The notes: a model not told the origin generated them from the letters alone. Positions 12,650-25,980 are shown, numbered from the whole stretch's first letter. The stretch is 61,970 bases of DNA, filler included, from Choristocarpus tenellus KU-1152 (GCA_964200185.2; 9 parts of 9 records of this genome joined end to end with filler, not necessarily neighbours in it); one strand, 5' to 3'. Made by a program: numbers and translations.

Positions 12650-14450
12650 CCAGCTCATGTTTCTTGTCTGGTGCGTTGTGCAGTGAGTAATACCTTACTT
12701 TGTCTTGGGTACACTTCCATAATGGAGGCTATTCGGTCAAGTCAGGGGGGCTCCTGCGGTGGCTGCTTCACCCAGAGCCACAAGCTTCTGTGCAGTAGTT
12801 GCAAGAAATGTGTTCCATAGTCTGATTGGTATATTCGGTTTGTGCATTGTGCATTGTGCATTGTGAATAGTGGGTATAGTCACAGATCAAGTAGGAGGCA
12901 GGCACTGAGCATCTAGCTGCCATCACACACCCCATGATCGTTCCTGCACACTTCACAGGAAGAGAGGGCGTCTGATTCTGAGGCCAGCCATTGCGATAAT
13001 GAGAGCAGCAACTGTAGCGGTAGAAGTACCCTGTCCCCTCTTGTAAGGGACTTTGTGTGCTGCAACATTAAACGACTAGTGGGAAGGGGGGTGGTAGTAA
13101 ATATATGCTATAGTTGTACCGAGATACGACATAGTGAGACATCTGCTTTTCAAGAATGTATGTAGATCACAGTTGCTCACCTATCCCATTTCAATATGTC
13201 AACGATGTGCGTTTTACACAGCTCTTGGGATTTCCTGCTGTCAAGGAGTCACTCTACATATGTGCTCAACAAAATTCGTCCTCCAGGGGTTCATCCGTAG
13301 CTTATTTTGGCAATCTCTGTGGAGATTGGGGGGGGGTGAGACTGTTTCTCGATTGTGATATCCAAGGAAAACAAAGAGACTACCGAGAGCAACTAAACTC
13401 ATTGTAGACTCTCTTGCTTCCCTCCCCACCTTGGATTGCTCAAGGCTGGGGATGCTGTTGCCGTCCCTGACACTTTTCCCCTGGCTCATGAATTGCTGGT
13501 TGAGAAGAAGAAGACCGTGGAGCTGTGGTGAGCGCCAAGGGGGAAAGTCGCACCTGAACCCAACATTCCTGTTCTTGTTGCCCACCTCGTCATGCATTGT
13601 GATCACATGGTGTGGTCTGACGTCCTCTTCACTTTGTTTTTCATACTTGTCTTGAAGAGATTGTGACTTGTAATTGGGATAGAGCTGTGCTCACCTGGGC
13701 TTTCATGGCATCTTTCCCTGTCTATTGTGGGTAGTGCAACTCGAGGGAGGGGCAGTATCAATGTGACTATCCAAGGAAGGGTCTTTTTGCCAAGGAACTG
13801 AACATGAACCCTCATGCTCAATCCCCCAAATCCCTCACAACTTCCCCCTCGTTTGTCCTTTCTCCTCTCTGATGGGGTCAGCCATATGGTGGACGAGCTC
13901 AAGATAAGGAAGAGGGATCTACAAACAAGGCGGCGGTAAGAATTGCTGCAATCCATCACAAATTATGATGATTAGTCACCTTCAACAAAAAGTATCATGC
14001 TTGGATGCTTCCAACCAACTCTTTACTATGTAGTAACTTATAGTAGTTGTGTCTTATACCTTTGATCCACCATAGCTGCTTCACATGGTAGCTCTCCATT
14101 GAGATGTGTGTATTAGACAGTGGATGGACGGTTAAAAGTAGCAGAAAACTTTGTAGGGCCATGGACTCACCAATGATAGTGAGAGGACAGTCTCCAATAT
14201 ATTGAAGATTATTGCATGTTTGTTTTGGTTAGGTATCATACTGCCCCTCACAGCCAGCTATTCTAAAGCTGGTGGCATTACAGTATTGCCGGCATGCAGG
14301 TACCACAGGTTGCATTAGAATATTGGCAGTATCAGCTATACAGGAAAATATCAGTTTGTCGCTGAGTGTAGGAGGACTAGCCCATTGGTAGAGGGGAAAG
14401 AAAGCTAATGACTGGAATATAATTCACCCACAAGGAAAATAGATGTCTCA
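12650..14450 (-). pseudogene. Degenerate CRE/RLE-type non-LTR retrotransposon remnant
   Basis: Fragments LQYIGD (YLDD-like), GFGGLS...FLG..LP (thumb-like) and SVTIP / VALGEAA (RLE-like) lie in the expected order; heavily decayed. Confidence 0.35.
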
Positions 14451-15319
14451 CAGTTGTTTTTTATTCCTATTCTACTGGTCTTCAAAAAGTAGGAAGAAGA
14501 AGATCCAGGCAAGGCATGAGCAAGGAGACCTCAAGACCAAGTTGGTCGACATGAGCAATTAACTAAAGTTTGTTCTTATAGACAAGGGTGTGGTAGTGGG
14601 GGAGGGGGGGAGTGGATGTGTCATCTCATTCATCCTACTTTTTCGGCGGGGAGGTTGTGAGATTTTGTAGGTTTTCCAGTTCTAAGTATATCGTACAGAA
14701 CCATCTACTGGTTGTTCCCAGCACTTAACTCTTCATTGATTTTGTTTACTTAAAGAAGATAACGTATTTCTGTTCGTTCAATGTGGCAAATCGTTGTATC
14801 ATAATAGTCTATTGTTCCAAATGTCACTCTATATCCCATAACACCAAGATTCAACTATTATCCATTGAGATTGAGACGATGAGAAATATAATCAATGTAT
14901 AAATTTGATGGGAAAGTTTATGAAGTAATCTGAGTTTTGTGGGCAGATGAATTCTGGTTGGTTGGGGGCACAGAGGAAGGGAGGGGATAATAAAGTAATA
15001 AAAATTAGCAAGAAGGGAACGAAGAGTTAAATACTGAGTGGTTGACAGAGATAGGGGAAAGTTAAAATGGTTGGCAGGCGGATGCAGGAGTGGAGAAGCA
15101 AGAGACAGTATTGAATTGAAGAGGAAACCTGAGGCTGGGGTAGCAGGACAAGGAGGGCTAGATCAAGACGACCCCCGAGCAAACTTTCCTGCCCACCCGC
15201 CCTGTCGCTTGCTCATGACCGACTTGGATCTCAGGGTGGGAGGGAAGGTCAAGTTCGGGCGGGGTAGATGTCTTCTAGGTCAAAGGCACTTTATGAAGGG
15301 GATGATGAAGGGGTGTTCT

Positions 15320-15393
15320 GAGTGAAAGTATCTTAGAGGGTACGAGTTTTGCCCTGTTTGTCCATTTGGGACTTGGCTTCCCATATTTTTTAT
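15320..15393 (+). mobile_element. MITE family A left end at a contig break
   Basis: gagtgaaagtatcttagagggtacgagtttt... Confidence 0.9.
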
Positions 15394-15493
15394 NNNNNNN
15401 NNNNNNNNNNNNNNNNNNNNNNNNNNNNNNNNNNNNNTTAATTAATTAANNNNNNNNNNNNNNNNNNNNNNNNNNNNNNNNNNNNNNNNNNNN

Positions 15494-15564
15494 CAAAAAA
15501 GTGAAAATCGAAAAAAGGGTGAAAAACGGACGCCGACATCCCCCCCCCCCAGATACTTTGACCC
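15494..15564 (-). mobile_element. TIR family B terminus (GGGTCAAAGTATCTG(n)ATGTCGGCGTCCG); also at 27171-27222, 40934-40988 and 52659-52688
   Basis: Four similar ends, each at a contig edge; they share the GRGTCAAAGTATCT core with family A. Confidence 0.8.
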
Positions 15565-16722
15565 AGAGATTCTTACCAGCACGTGTAGCTGTAGATGTAT
15601 CAAGCCCAACATTTCCGGTAGCAATTGCCCTTCATAGTGGAAAGGGACCAGATTCCTCCATTAGGGTACGAAATGTTTTAGAGCAACACTTTTTTCTGCA
15701 CATATCTTGTCGCCTTGCCACTCCTCACACATGACCTGAGTGCGATTCGTCGTTATTTCCTACCCATCTCGGCTAGGCCATCCACACAGCAAACGTGGAC
15801 CTTCCACTGTTTGGACAACTTTTGGACATTCTTTCTTGCTATATAGGCTACCACTCCAATCGCTCATGGGATGCGTATTTTGCTGTTGTCTCAGCATCAG
15901 AGGTGGACCATTCTTGCAATATCTTGCCTTCAGGCTAGACGTACCCTCCATTACGATAAATTGTTCTTACTCAATATATCCTCAGCACCTGGCATTTGTT
16001 ACTGCTGTGGATCACATTTATTATTTTTTTCGATATATCTCTGCAAAACAATTGATATTACATGGAAGCTTTCGACTAGCTATCGCATGTATTCCCACAG
16101 TCGATTTGCTTTGAACTTACTTGCGGTGCTAATTGTTTCCTCACAATTTTACCTCATAACAGTTGGTGCTTACTGCACGTTTTGATCTGATGGAACAAAT
16201 TAAATGGTTTCAAGCCAATTCTAAAAAAACGAGATATAATATTTCCGTTCATGACACCTTACTGCGCATTTGTTGTTTGTGCTGAGTGAAGCCGTGAACC
16301 CCAGGGCCCAGTATCAATACTGGATTCCCGGCCAGGATCCTCAGCCACGGCATATGATTCCCAGTCAGGAGTTAGGCATAGCACTGTATGATAGTGTTAA
16401 TATTGGACATCAACATGGTATGCCTCATCTGTACTTGTGATACAGGTGTAGCAACCCAACTTCACTGGGTACTTGGTTGGCAGTGATAGGGATGAAGTGT
16501 TTGGAAGTGCTTTGCTCTGTGACAATTTTTCCCCCATTCCCACTGTGTGCTTGATGTGTACCACTGGTGCTCATTTGAATTGCTTAGGTTCTAAAGCTGT
16601 TTATTCACCAAGCGCTCACAACAAACTACAACAAATATCCGTGTGCGTGCAACTGCTGAGAGTATATTGAGCTCTTTCGCTCAAATTTCTTGTTACTCCA
16701 AAACTAGCACTACTTATGGCAT

Positions 16723-16960
16723 AAGTCAAAGATTACGGTGGCAGATCTGCCACCGTATCTTAGAGGGCAGAGCCGTGTCTATTTGGGCGCCAAGATCCAT
16801 ATTGCAATTTTGATGTAATTTTGGCTATCATGTTTGTTAGGAGATGTCAATATCCTTGTTCCAGACACACCTTTTCATAACGTACACATTTTCCCTACCC
16901 CGAAATGTTTTGAAGTAGGTAAATGTCATTAAAAACCCGTGGGGAGCCAAGCCCCAAATG
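16723..16960 (-). mobile_element. MITE family A, partial; one TIR is interrupted by a palindrome
   Basis: aagtcaaag[attacggtggcagatctgccacc]gtatcttagagggc followed by family A interior; the other end is missing. Confidence 0.85.
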
Positions 16961-17109
16961 TCCCGCACGGTCGATTTTGTAAGACGGAAGGGGGACTATC
17001 TATCTCCTGTGTGCGAAATGTGTTGGTGTTTAGAAGTTTCTTACACGTGATACTGTGCTGTCTGCCGTCCCTGTCCGTCCAATCCTAAGGGTTGTGGTGA
17101 TTGTGCGTT

Positions 17110-18470
17110 AAAGGGGAGGTGTGGTACGTGTTGGAGTCAGTGTCGGCACTGAGGCAGTGTGCTGTAACCGATTCGATGTGATGGCATTTTGTTTGGAGTG
17201 ATATGTGCTACCTATTATTGCTGTAACAAGTGCTTGGTAATGACGGATGGCAGTATGTGATGAAACCCCAAACTTGGAGTTTTGTGTCAGTTTGCCGATT
17301 GGTAGACATCTGAAAGTTATAGGGCGATGGTTGCAAGTGTGCACAGACTTTGTGTGATCGATTAAGAAGTGCGTATGTGCCATCATCATGTGATTCATGG
17401 TGTCGGCATGAAGGGAAGGCGCGGATGTGACATAAAGGGTAAACGAAATCTACTGCCTTGGTGGAATATATGGGTTAGCAAGGGGCAGGAGGGTGCAGAG
17501 TGCCGCGAGTTGCAAACAGCGATTAATTATTGTTAGTGGGGAAAATCATACACATGGTAAATGTGGTAACTATTACAGCAGCCAGCGATGGATATATGAC
17601 CCACATCATTACGTGAAAGGAAACAATAACTTGGAGTTTTGGGTTAGTATATCGATTGGAAGACTCATTGTAAATTGAGGGAGTCAAACTATATTATAGG
17701 GTAGAGCCGGGTCCATTTATTCCCAAAATCCAATGTTGCGATTTCGATCTAATTTTGGTTTTCGTGTTAGTAAGTGTCAATATCCTTGTTCCGGAAACAT
17801 CTTTTCACAACATAAACATTTTACCTACTACTCAAAAAATATTTTGGAGTAGAAAAAGGTCATAAAATCCCTGAGGGAAGCCAAACCCCAAATAGACAAA
17901 CAGGGCAAAGCTCGTACCCTCTAAGATACATTCACTCAGAGCGATGGTTGTGAGTGTGCACGGATGGTGTGCGGTCGATTAATAAATGTGTATGTGCGAT
18001 TATCATGTGATTCGTGGTGTCAACGTGTGAGGGAAGGCATGGATATGACATGAAGGGTCAACGATGATATCTATCGCGTATTTAGTGTATGGGTTATCAA
18101 GGGGCGGGAGGGTGCAGACTGATGAGAGTGGCAAGGAGAGATCAGGTCTAGAGGGCAGGGAGAATCATGCCTGTAGTATATGTGGTATGTATTCCTGCAA
18201 CAAGTGTTGGGTATATGGTCGACGTTGACACTGGAAAGAAAAGAAGAACTTGGAGTTTTGCATGAGTTTACCAATTGGCAGACTTGTACAAAACAGGTGG
18301 CGATGGATGTAAGTGTGTATAGACTATATCTGTGCAGTCAATTGATAAGTGCGTATGTGTTACCTTGATGCTGCGCGTCGTGTCGGCGTGAAGGGAGTGA
18401 CAGATGTGACATAAGTTCAAACGGTACATATTGAGTGTTGCATATGTGAGCAAGGGGTGTCCGTGTTGGG
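17110..18470 (+). repeat. Degenerate tandem repeat, about 3 units of ~358 bp
   Basis: The anchor aacttggagtttt recurs at ~17271, ~17628 and ~18248; spacing is 357, and 359 after removing the MITE. Confidence 0.8.
17681..17937 (-). mobile_element. MITE family A, full length, TSD AGG/AGA
   Basis: TIRs present; the neighbouring tandem unit shows the empty site (agg-gcgatggttg at ~17321). Confidence 0.9.
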
Positions 18471-18673
18471 GTTGTCAACAGTGGCAAGGCAGAGGCAGGA
18501 CTTTGTGAGTGAGGGGGGGTTCGTCATGTGGAGTGTGCCTACCTTTGTAATGATTATCTTCCCGGGAGGAACCTTATGACTTTTGCGGTAGCACCACTCT
18601 TCCTCTGGTGTCGGATCCCTCAAGGTATACTGAGTTTTGGTTGCCTTGATTGTATCCACTAGGGATGAGGTTC

Positions 18674-18718
18674 GAGTGAAAGTATCTTAGAGAGTACGAG
18701 TTTTTACCTTTTTGTCCA
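18674..18718 (+). mobile_element. MITE family A left-end fragment
   Basis: gagtgaaagtatcttagagagtacgagttttt. Confidence 0.8.
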
Positions 18719-18857
18719 ACACGACCCACGTGTCCCAAACCTCAGTGGCATAAAGTCCATGCACAGGTTCCTGACTGGTCGGCTCACCACCGGAGACTCC
18801 CATACATTGATATACACCGAACTGTCGAGCTACTGCACAAACTGTTCCATCGGCAAC

Positions 18858-18934
18858 TGTTCGATTAGACTCTTCCAACTCTATCGGACAGTTACGGTAA
18901 AATATGTATGGAGTAATGGAACAATCAATTAATG
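18858..18934 (+). mobile_element. Start of a putative Copia LTR (TGTTCGATTAGACTC...)
   Basis: Matches 26997-27070 and the reverse complement of ~53670-53745; begins with TG. Confidence 0.65.
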
Positions 18935-20659
18935 NNNNNNNNNNNNNNNNNNNNNNNNNNNNNNNNNNNNNNNNNNNNTTAATTAATTAANNNNNNNNNN
19001 NNNNNNNNNNNNNNNNNNNNNNNNNNNNNNNNNNCAACACCATGATCCCTCATCTCTAGTAGTCTACGCATTTTGCTTACATGTACGATGCATTCGATTC
19101 AGGTTTCAACAGGTTATGAGCCTCACACGATTCCCCTTCGCAAAAGCATAGCACTGGATGGTATGATTGGCCTGAACGTCCAGGTCTCTCCCGGAATCCC
19201 TTTTGCTGCCTCCGAGGAATGGCGAGTCGATTGGGCATCTCCTAGTCTCGACCTCCATTCCTTAAACGTTTTGGTCAGATCCTGTCCTTCTCAATGACGA
19301 GAGGATACATTGCGATCACCCCGAAGGAAAGGTGAAAGTATGAGAGTGGACTCAGACCGTCACGATTGAGCATGCCCCGAGTTCTGCAGGAGGAGTGGCA
19401 CTTGGGCAAACGTGTGGGTGGAACAAAATGAAGCTCAGGATTGTCAGGGGCAGTCATGTTGTTGTGAATGGTGCGGACCCAAAACCGGCGGCGCTTTCAT
19501 CTGTGATTTAGTGTCGGCCATACACCTAGCCTCCGTGCCTTGTTCGTTTGCCAGTCTTACACCCTTCTCCTTGTCCTCCTCCTCGCACAATCGCTTTCTT
19601 ATCATATCCACCAACCTCTACTACAACCTCTGGGTCTATATTAGTGTTTGCGCCCTAAATTCTGTGAGCAGGCCTGGACCGCTTGGTGCCTTGCGGTGAT
19701 TCGTTGGCTTCCATGGGGGAGATCGGGGGAGGGTTCGAGAGGATGGCAGATTTACAGATGGGTTGCCTCATGACCCTTTTTCGTATCTATCGTCCAGGCC
19801 TCGGGTGGTGCGTTTGGCTCCAGAGATACAGAATCGAGTATATAGCGCAGTTGTGACTGCAATAGCACAGAGCACAACTATGGCAAACAAGCCGTTGACA
19901 TTGGCTGTCTTGATGGAACTGGCAAAGTTATTCAGGTTAGATGGTGTAGAGATTTTCCTACACGCTTTGGTGATGACGGATTACAAGCGCAAACATCCCT
20001 TTGACCGTACGTTTTTCAGATGAGATCTTGGAGTAGGAGTAGATACTCTTTCACCTGTAAATCGATTTATTCTATATAAAATCCTGGCTTATCCTGAAGG
20101 TGTCAATCTTTACAGGTTGGTGGGAATTGCGTAATTCTTCTTCATAGTGCTGGAGCCTTGCCAGTTTCTGGTATGTTTACACCAGGACAGGAATATCAAG
20201 GATGTTGATAACATGTGGACACTTGAGGTTACTGTGCTATTGAAGGATACTTCATGAGCATTATGAGGGATAACACAAGTCTCAGAAGGGGTGTGTCGAA
20301 TAACCTGATGTTATCCCTATATTGTCTGTGCTGATACAAGTATTTAACATAGGTTTCATCTACGTTTATCTTTGGTTCGTTACAATACAAAGTAGTAACG
20401 TGCATAGCGGTATAATGAGTCAGCATTCATTCACACGTCGGTGATGATGGATGGCTGGCAGATAATTAATAGTCAGTCTATGTTTTACCATGTGACTCAA
20501 CCAGCGGCTTTGGGCGACAAATCTTTACATGCGCTAAGCTCCTTAACAGCGTGGAAGAGAGAGAGAGAGAGAGAGCAAGATATCACCCCTCACAGCACTC
20601 ACCGCAGAAGAACTCGAGACTAGGAAGAGGGGATGTAATCGACCATCTATTGAACATTA

Positions 20660-20917
20660 GAGCCAAAGTATCTTAGAGGGTGGGGCCGCGTCCATTTGGG
20701 GGCCAAAATCCAATGTTGCGAATTTGACGTAATTTTGGCTATCGTTTTGTTAGGACGAGTCAATGTCCTTGTTCTGGACACACATTTTTATAACCTATAC
20801 ATTTTACCTACTCCGAAACATTTTGGAGTAGGAAAATTTCATTAATAAAAACATGGGAAGTCAAGCCCCAAATGGACAAACAGGGCAAAACTCGTACCCT
20901 CTAAGATACTTTCACTC
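20660..20917 (-). mobile_element. MITE family A, full length, TSD TTA
   Basis: ttgaaca-TTA-[MITE]-TTA-gatcttcag; the paralogous empty site ttgaaca-ttg-gatcttcag is at ~55511-55529. Confidence 0.97.
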
Positions 20918-22358
20918 TTAGATCTTCAGTCAATATTGATGCCAGCCAATATCCTGCATTGGGAAATTTCGTGTAAGGGGTTTCTACCTGTGCTGTGATG
21001 ATCATTTTCTCCCTGGGATCTATATGATGGCAGGAAGGATGCGGTAAGGAGGGACTGGAAGGGGTACTGTTACTGGCGCCCCTCAGAACTCACCTCCACA
21101 GGATATGCAACTCAAATCCAATGACCTTAAAACGATGCTACGGGGGGGGTCCACAGATGATTACCACGTGCAGTGTCAACTTGATGCTTAGCTCAGTCAA
21201 TGTCTTGCTTTTCGCTTCATCAAAAGAGGTACACCAAAATAAATGGTGTGGTGAGCCTTCAGCCTTCTATTAACTTTCATCCACCATTTTTCCACAGCCA
21301 AAGAGTTAAATGAAATCTGCAAACTGCTATATAGATACTTCAATCATAAATCTTTATTCTGCAACTTTCAAGAATTGACATCTATTCTGAGAGGTTATGT
21401 ATAATTCTAATCTTACTCTGCATCTTCTATCAATTCAAAGTTCCTCTTGCATGAATTCTTACGTATGTATACTGTTCGCGCATTTTGGCACGCAGAAAGA
21501 AATGCTTGCGCTATTTGCCTGTAACATGCCCCCCAGCGTGAACTAGCAATACATGTTTAACGCTTACCACAGGCGATTGTCACTGGTGAAGGTAATAGAT
21601 ATCTTCAATCACCTCAGATCATCCTGTGGCAAGTAGAAATAAACAAGAAAAAAATATCTGACTCCTACTAGGCCCAAAACATACATCCTTATCAACTTGG
21701 AAAAATCTGTCTGTATCTAGTCTAATCGGAGTATACATTTACTCTTTCTAAAGTACAGCTACCCTAAGGTGCCAAGTATCATCTGATGATTGCCTGTCTC
21801 ATGCCCCCAAGCACTAAGTATGCTGACAGCTGCTAGTGCGTAAAACAGGCAATAACATCAACATCAGCGATAACGAAAAATAAATAAACAAATAAATAAA
21901 GGACTGAAGAAAGATAGAACAAAACAAGGAACTAAAGGGATCAGGTACCTATTCGGATAAAGAGGAGGGGAAAAAAAAAGTAAAGCAAGGGATAGTGAAT
22001 ACAAAATTGGAAAACATACAAAAAAAAAGAAAATTCAAAAATGAAACGAAAGAATAATATAAAATAAAAGGGGGGAAACAAAATCAATGGAATAAAGGGG
22101 GTCAGCTACCTGATGTACACAGAAAAAATATATATATTCAAAAACACAAAATGACAATAAAAGATATAACATAAGAACATCTAACATGAATTACTATCTG
22201 TTCTGATGTGGGTTACTTCATGTTCCAACTTCTGCTATCCTATGTTCCATGCAGGGACTACCTGTTTCATGCTTACCACAGGCAATAATCATTATCTGGA
22301 TAATAAATATCCTTCACCTTAGATCATGCTGCGGTGGCATGCATAATTGTCATTTGGT

Positions 22359-22500
22359 AACATAGGGGCTTTAGTTCCGACTCTGCCAGTTGCTTCCAAC
22401 ATAGGGACTCCAGTTCCAACTCTGCCAGTTGTTTCCAACATAGGGACTCCAGTTCCGACTCTGCCAGTTGTTTCCAACATAATAGGGACTCCAGTTCCAA
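22359..22500 (+). repeat. 39-bp minisatellite (~3.5 units; ~2.5 units at 56956-57058)
   Basis: Unit aacatagggactccagttccgactctgccagttgtttcc. Confidence 0.9.
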
Positions 22501-23789
22501 ATTAACCTATGGATTCCAACAATGATCAACAATCTCCTTGTTTCCTTTGAGAACAGATCCTCAAAAGTCGTAAGGCACAGTCAAGATCAATATATGTCTG
22601 ACCAGATAAGAGTATATACTTTATTTAAAAAATATATAACTCCAATTATCCCCAAAACAGGTTAACAAATAACCTTGTTTAACCAGGGAAAATTTTCCCA
22701 AGGGTCACAGACTACCATTAGTGTCAGATTTCCCCTGGCCTAGTCTGAGTATACATTTGTTCCTTCTGAAACACACCTTCAAAATTTACGAAGTGTATAT
22801 CTCTGACATGACCTAAAATGAATGAGTCCCCAGTTCCAATCACTCTAATCACAAATGTAATTAACTTATCCACGTTCCCTTCAAGGTGTCCATAAGGTCA
22901 TACAATGCAATCTCCGTTAAATTGTGTATCCCCTAGTCCGAGTATGCACTTGTTTCTTTTGAACTGGACCTTCAAAAGTTACAAATTACATAGCTCTGAT
23001 TGGGCATACAATTCATGTGTCTTCCGTTCCAATCTTCCCAGCTACATAAATGCAAGTGCTATCAAGGAATAGACTTATATTATTCAAGACCTGCACAGCA
23101 TCTGATTATTGCCTGTCCTATGCCCCCCATGCATAAAGCATACTCAAGGCTGCTAGTGCGCAAAACAGGCATTGACAAGATTTAAGATAAATAAATAAAG
23201 AAGGGCCAATGAGAGCAACAAATAGTACTAATAAAAATGGGCAATAAATAGAAAATAAAAAAATAATGTGTGGATGATGAGAGTAACAAAGTGTAAACTG
23301 AATAGTAAATAATATAAAATAAAAGCACAAAAAGTAAAAAGTAAAAAAAAGAAAAGAAAAAAGTCAGTAAATAAGGAGAGTAACAACTATGAAAACAAAA
23401 TGAAATTAAAAACCAGGGGATAATGGGATGAGAACTAAAAATAAATAAACCTTAGAAAAACATAAATGAGACATAGAAGATACAAAAAAATATCAAGATC
23501 ACAGAGAGTTGTTACAACATAGAAAAGAGGAAAATAAAATCAATAAGAATAAAAAGTAGTGAGTTCAGTGTTTATATTTTCTAAGGACTTCAGCCTATTA
23601 TACAACCGATGTATATTACTGTGTGTTCTAATGTGGGCAGCTTCATTTTAACTTCTGCTGTTTCACATTCCTTTCAGTTACTATGATTATCATTGCTTTA
23701 ATCTCTTGTATTAATATGTACCGACTGAACCTCACCTTGTCCTTCAGGCATACAGTTGTTACCTGCTGGGCGGTTTTCTGGAGGAGACC

Positions 23790-25980
23790 CTCATCTTTCT
23801 CCTGCTGAATTCCTCCTTACATCCATCCTTCAGAGTCAAAGTATATTAGAGGGTACAGTCGCGTCCATTTGGGGGCCAAAATCCAATGTTGCAATTTTGA
23901 TGTAATTTTGGCTATCATGTTTGTTAGGAAGAACCAATGTCCATGTTCCCGACACACCTTTTCGTAACATATACATTTTACCTACTCCAAAACATTTTGG
24001 AGTAGGAAAAATGTTGATTAAAACCCGTGGGAAGCCAAGCCCCAAATGGACAAACAGGAAAAAACTCGTACCCTCTAAGATACTTTCACTCTTCAACTAT
24101 ACCCTCCAGTGGGGTGACTTGAACTCAATTACTGGACCCTGTCCTACCGGTCTCTTCAGCTTCATCCTTCCACAATGTTTGACACTAGTACCTATAGGGA
24201 AGAGAGGTAACACATCCAATCGGAGCAAGAGTTGTTCTTGGGTTGGAACATTAGTTGGGCATGATTTTCTGTTAGGGTTGTGAAGGTCCTCGAAGGCATG
24301 ATGAACATCCAACTGTTGTAAGGTAAAGCTGTTCATTTCTTCTATTTAGTTACCTAGTCAGACAATATCCATCTTAGAAGTTTCCTTTGTACTACAATGC
24401 CATTTGCTAAGGTCTGACGAGGGTACATTGTTACTGCTCGATCTGAGTGTTGGAATCCTGACAAAATGCACCCATGGTAACATTGGTGATGGTTGGGAGC
24501 ATGAACCTTCTCTAAATGACAGTTCTGTGCAAAATAGGACAATAGTGAGGTGCACCTTATTTTGTGTATGAGAGATATTTTGATTGAGTCCGTGTGATGT
24601 ACCTAATGAGATAGTACATCCGGATTATGTATGGGATTATGTATTGGTATTTATTCCGCATTCAACTACTTTGACATAACCGTTGACTTAGATAGGAAGC
24701 ACAAATAATAATAAATAAGCACTGAGAAGACTCCACACAAAGGTCACTCTTCTAATTTCATCCATTCTTAACACGTTCAGCAAAAGGGGTCGTGTGAGGC
24801 TTCACACCTTCTTATCTTCACTACTGATAAATAGCATTACCTCCCAAGGTAATTTGCACAAGTTCCCTCTAGTGTTGTCTACAAAATGTTGCTCCTAAAA
24901 ATAATATCGTAAGGTAGCCCCACCATAATCCTAAAAGCCATATTACGCACTTTTTCCTCTGTGGGAAACACTATTAGATGTTTGCATGACCTCAGTACCA
25001 GCATTGGTAGAATATTGCACCCTCTGGGGTTTGCTGCATTTAAGGTACCTTTGCCTGCCATGTTGAGCTGTGGTAAGCAATTTTCACAAAAATAAATGAC
25101 CTGCACCTGTTTCAAGGAGTACCTTGGCAAGCATTCTCAAGTGGAATCTGTGTGGGTGACATAGCAGGGCATATGTCGATACTTGAGTAGTACCATAGGT
25201 CGGTGTCATGATTAATATTATCGAGGTGGAAATGAAAGTCTAAATGTCTATTGTTGGAATGAAATGAGTGGAAACTCAGACTCCATGGTGTAACTTCAAG
25301 ACGACTCTACAGCGTCCGAATCGGTTGGAGGAAATTTCGAGTCTTGCATCGCTGCTAGGTATCGGAGATTCATTTCTGTTAAGGCTACCATTGTACGAGA
25401 CTCTGCAGTGGATTTAGTACCCGGTGGGTTCCCGAAAGGTATGGGAGGATTCCCCTGGGAACTAACGAGTAGTGTTATATAGACCTGCATTCGTCAGTTA
25501 CGGACGTGAAGCAGTCTTGACTGCAGGCATGATGAAAGCATACTCGGTGTGCCTTTAGTCATGTATCGACTTCATCATGGGAGGCAGATGATGGAGGTAA
25601 GCCTTTGCCCGAATCGTGCCGACTTGTATTGCTCGCCTTGTCTGTGGGTAGAGTAAGTGAGGATCAATGCACAGGCTGGGGGATGGATGTGACTGGTCGA
25701 ACGTGTTTTGATGCCTTGCTTTTTGGGAACGAACGAGGTACTGTGTTAGCTGGGAACGGAGGAATGTTCGGTATTTATGGCTGCACAGACAGCGGGTGAG
25801 GAGTTCTGGGTTAATACAGGTTGAAGCATCGGTGTAAGGGCTGCCAGTACACGGTTGACAACCTCTCTGTATAAAGGTGAAGTTTTGCTTGATACCTGTT
25901 CGTGCATGGAAGTCCTGTTGTGGTGATCTAGTCCCTGTTTCTGCCTGACGATCAGGGTTTCGACTGAGGCAGTGCAAGGG
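23790..25980 (-). pseudogene. Ty3/Gypsy gag-protease-RT remnant
   Basis: KVLLETGAG and FRIMVGLPYDII (aspartic protease-like) at ~24880-25140, then LPYRY and IEFKSPHW..LKDG (RT start-like). Confidence 0.6.
23833..24091 (-). mobile_element. MITE family A, full length, apparent 4-bp TSD TTCA
   Basis: TTCA on both sides; removing the element plus one TTCA restores the frame SPHWRV*LKDG of the Gypsy RT remnant. Confidence 0.93.

Larger units (their letters stand above)
19145..23641 (+). repeat. Unclassified ~4.2-kb repeat (plus an inserted MITE), copy 1
   Basis: Colinear with and highly similar to 53988-58213, roughly 90% by eye. Confidence 0.95.

Noticed and set aside
22359-22500. CRISPR-like array
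   Set aside because: Head-to-tail 39-bp units with no unique spacers and no cas genes, in a eukaryotic context.
73-24283. Recurring small ORFs containing TPFHNVYILPTPK (73, 11506, 12202, 23921)
   Set aside because: Incidental translations of the same MITE; starts, stops and frames are not conserved.
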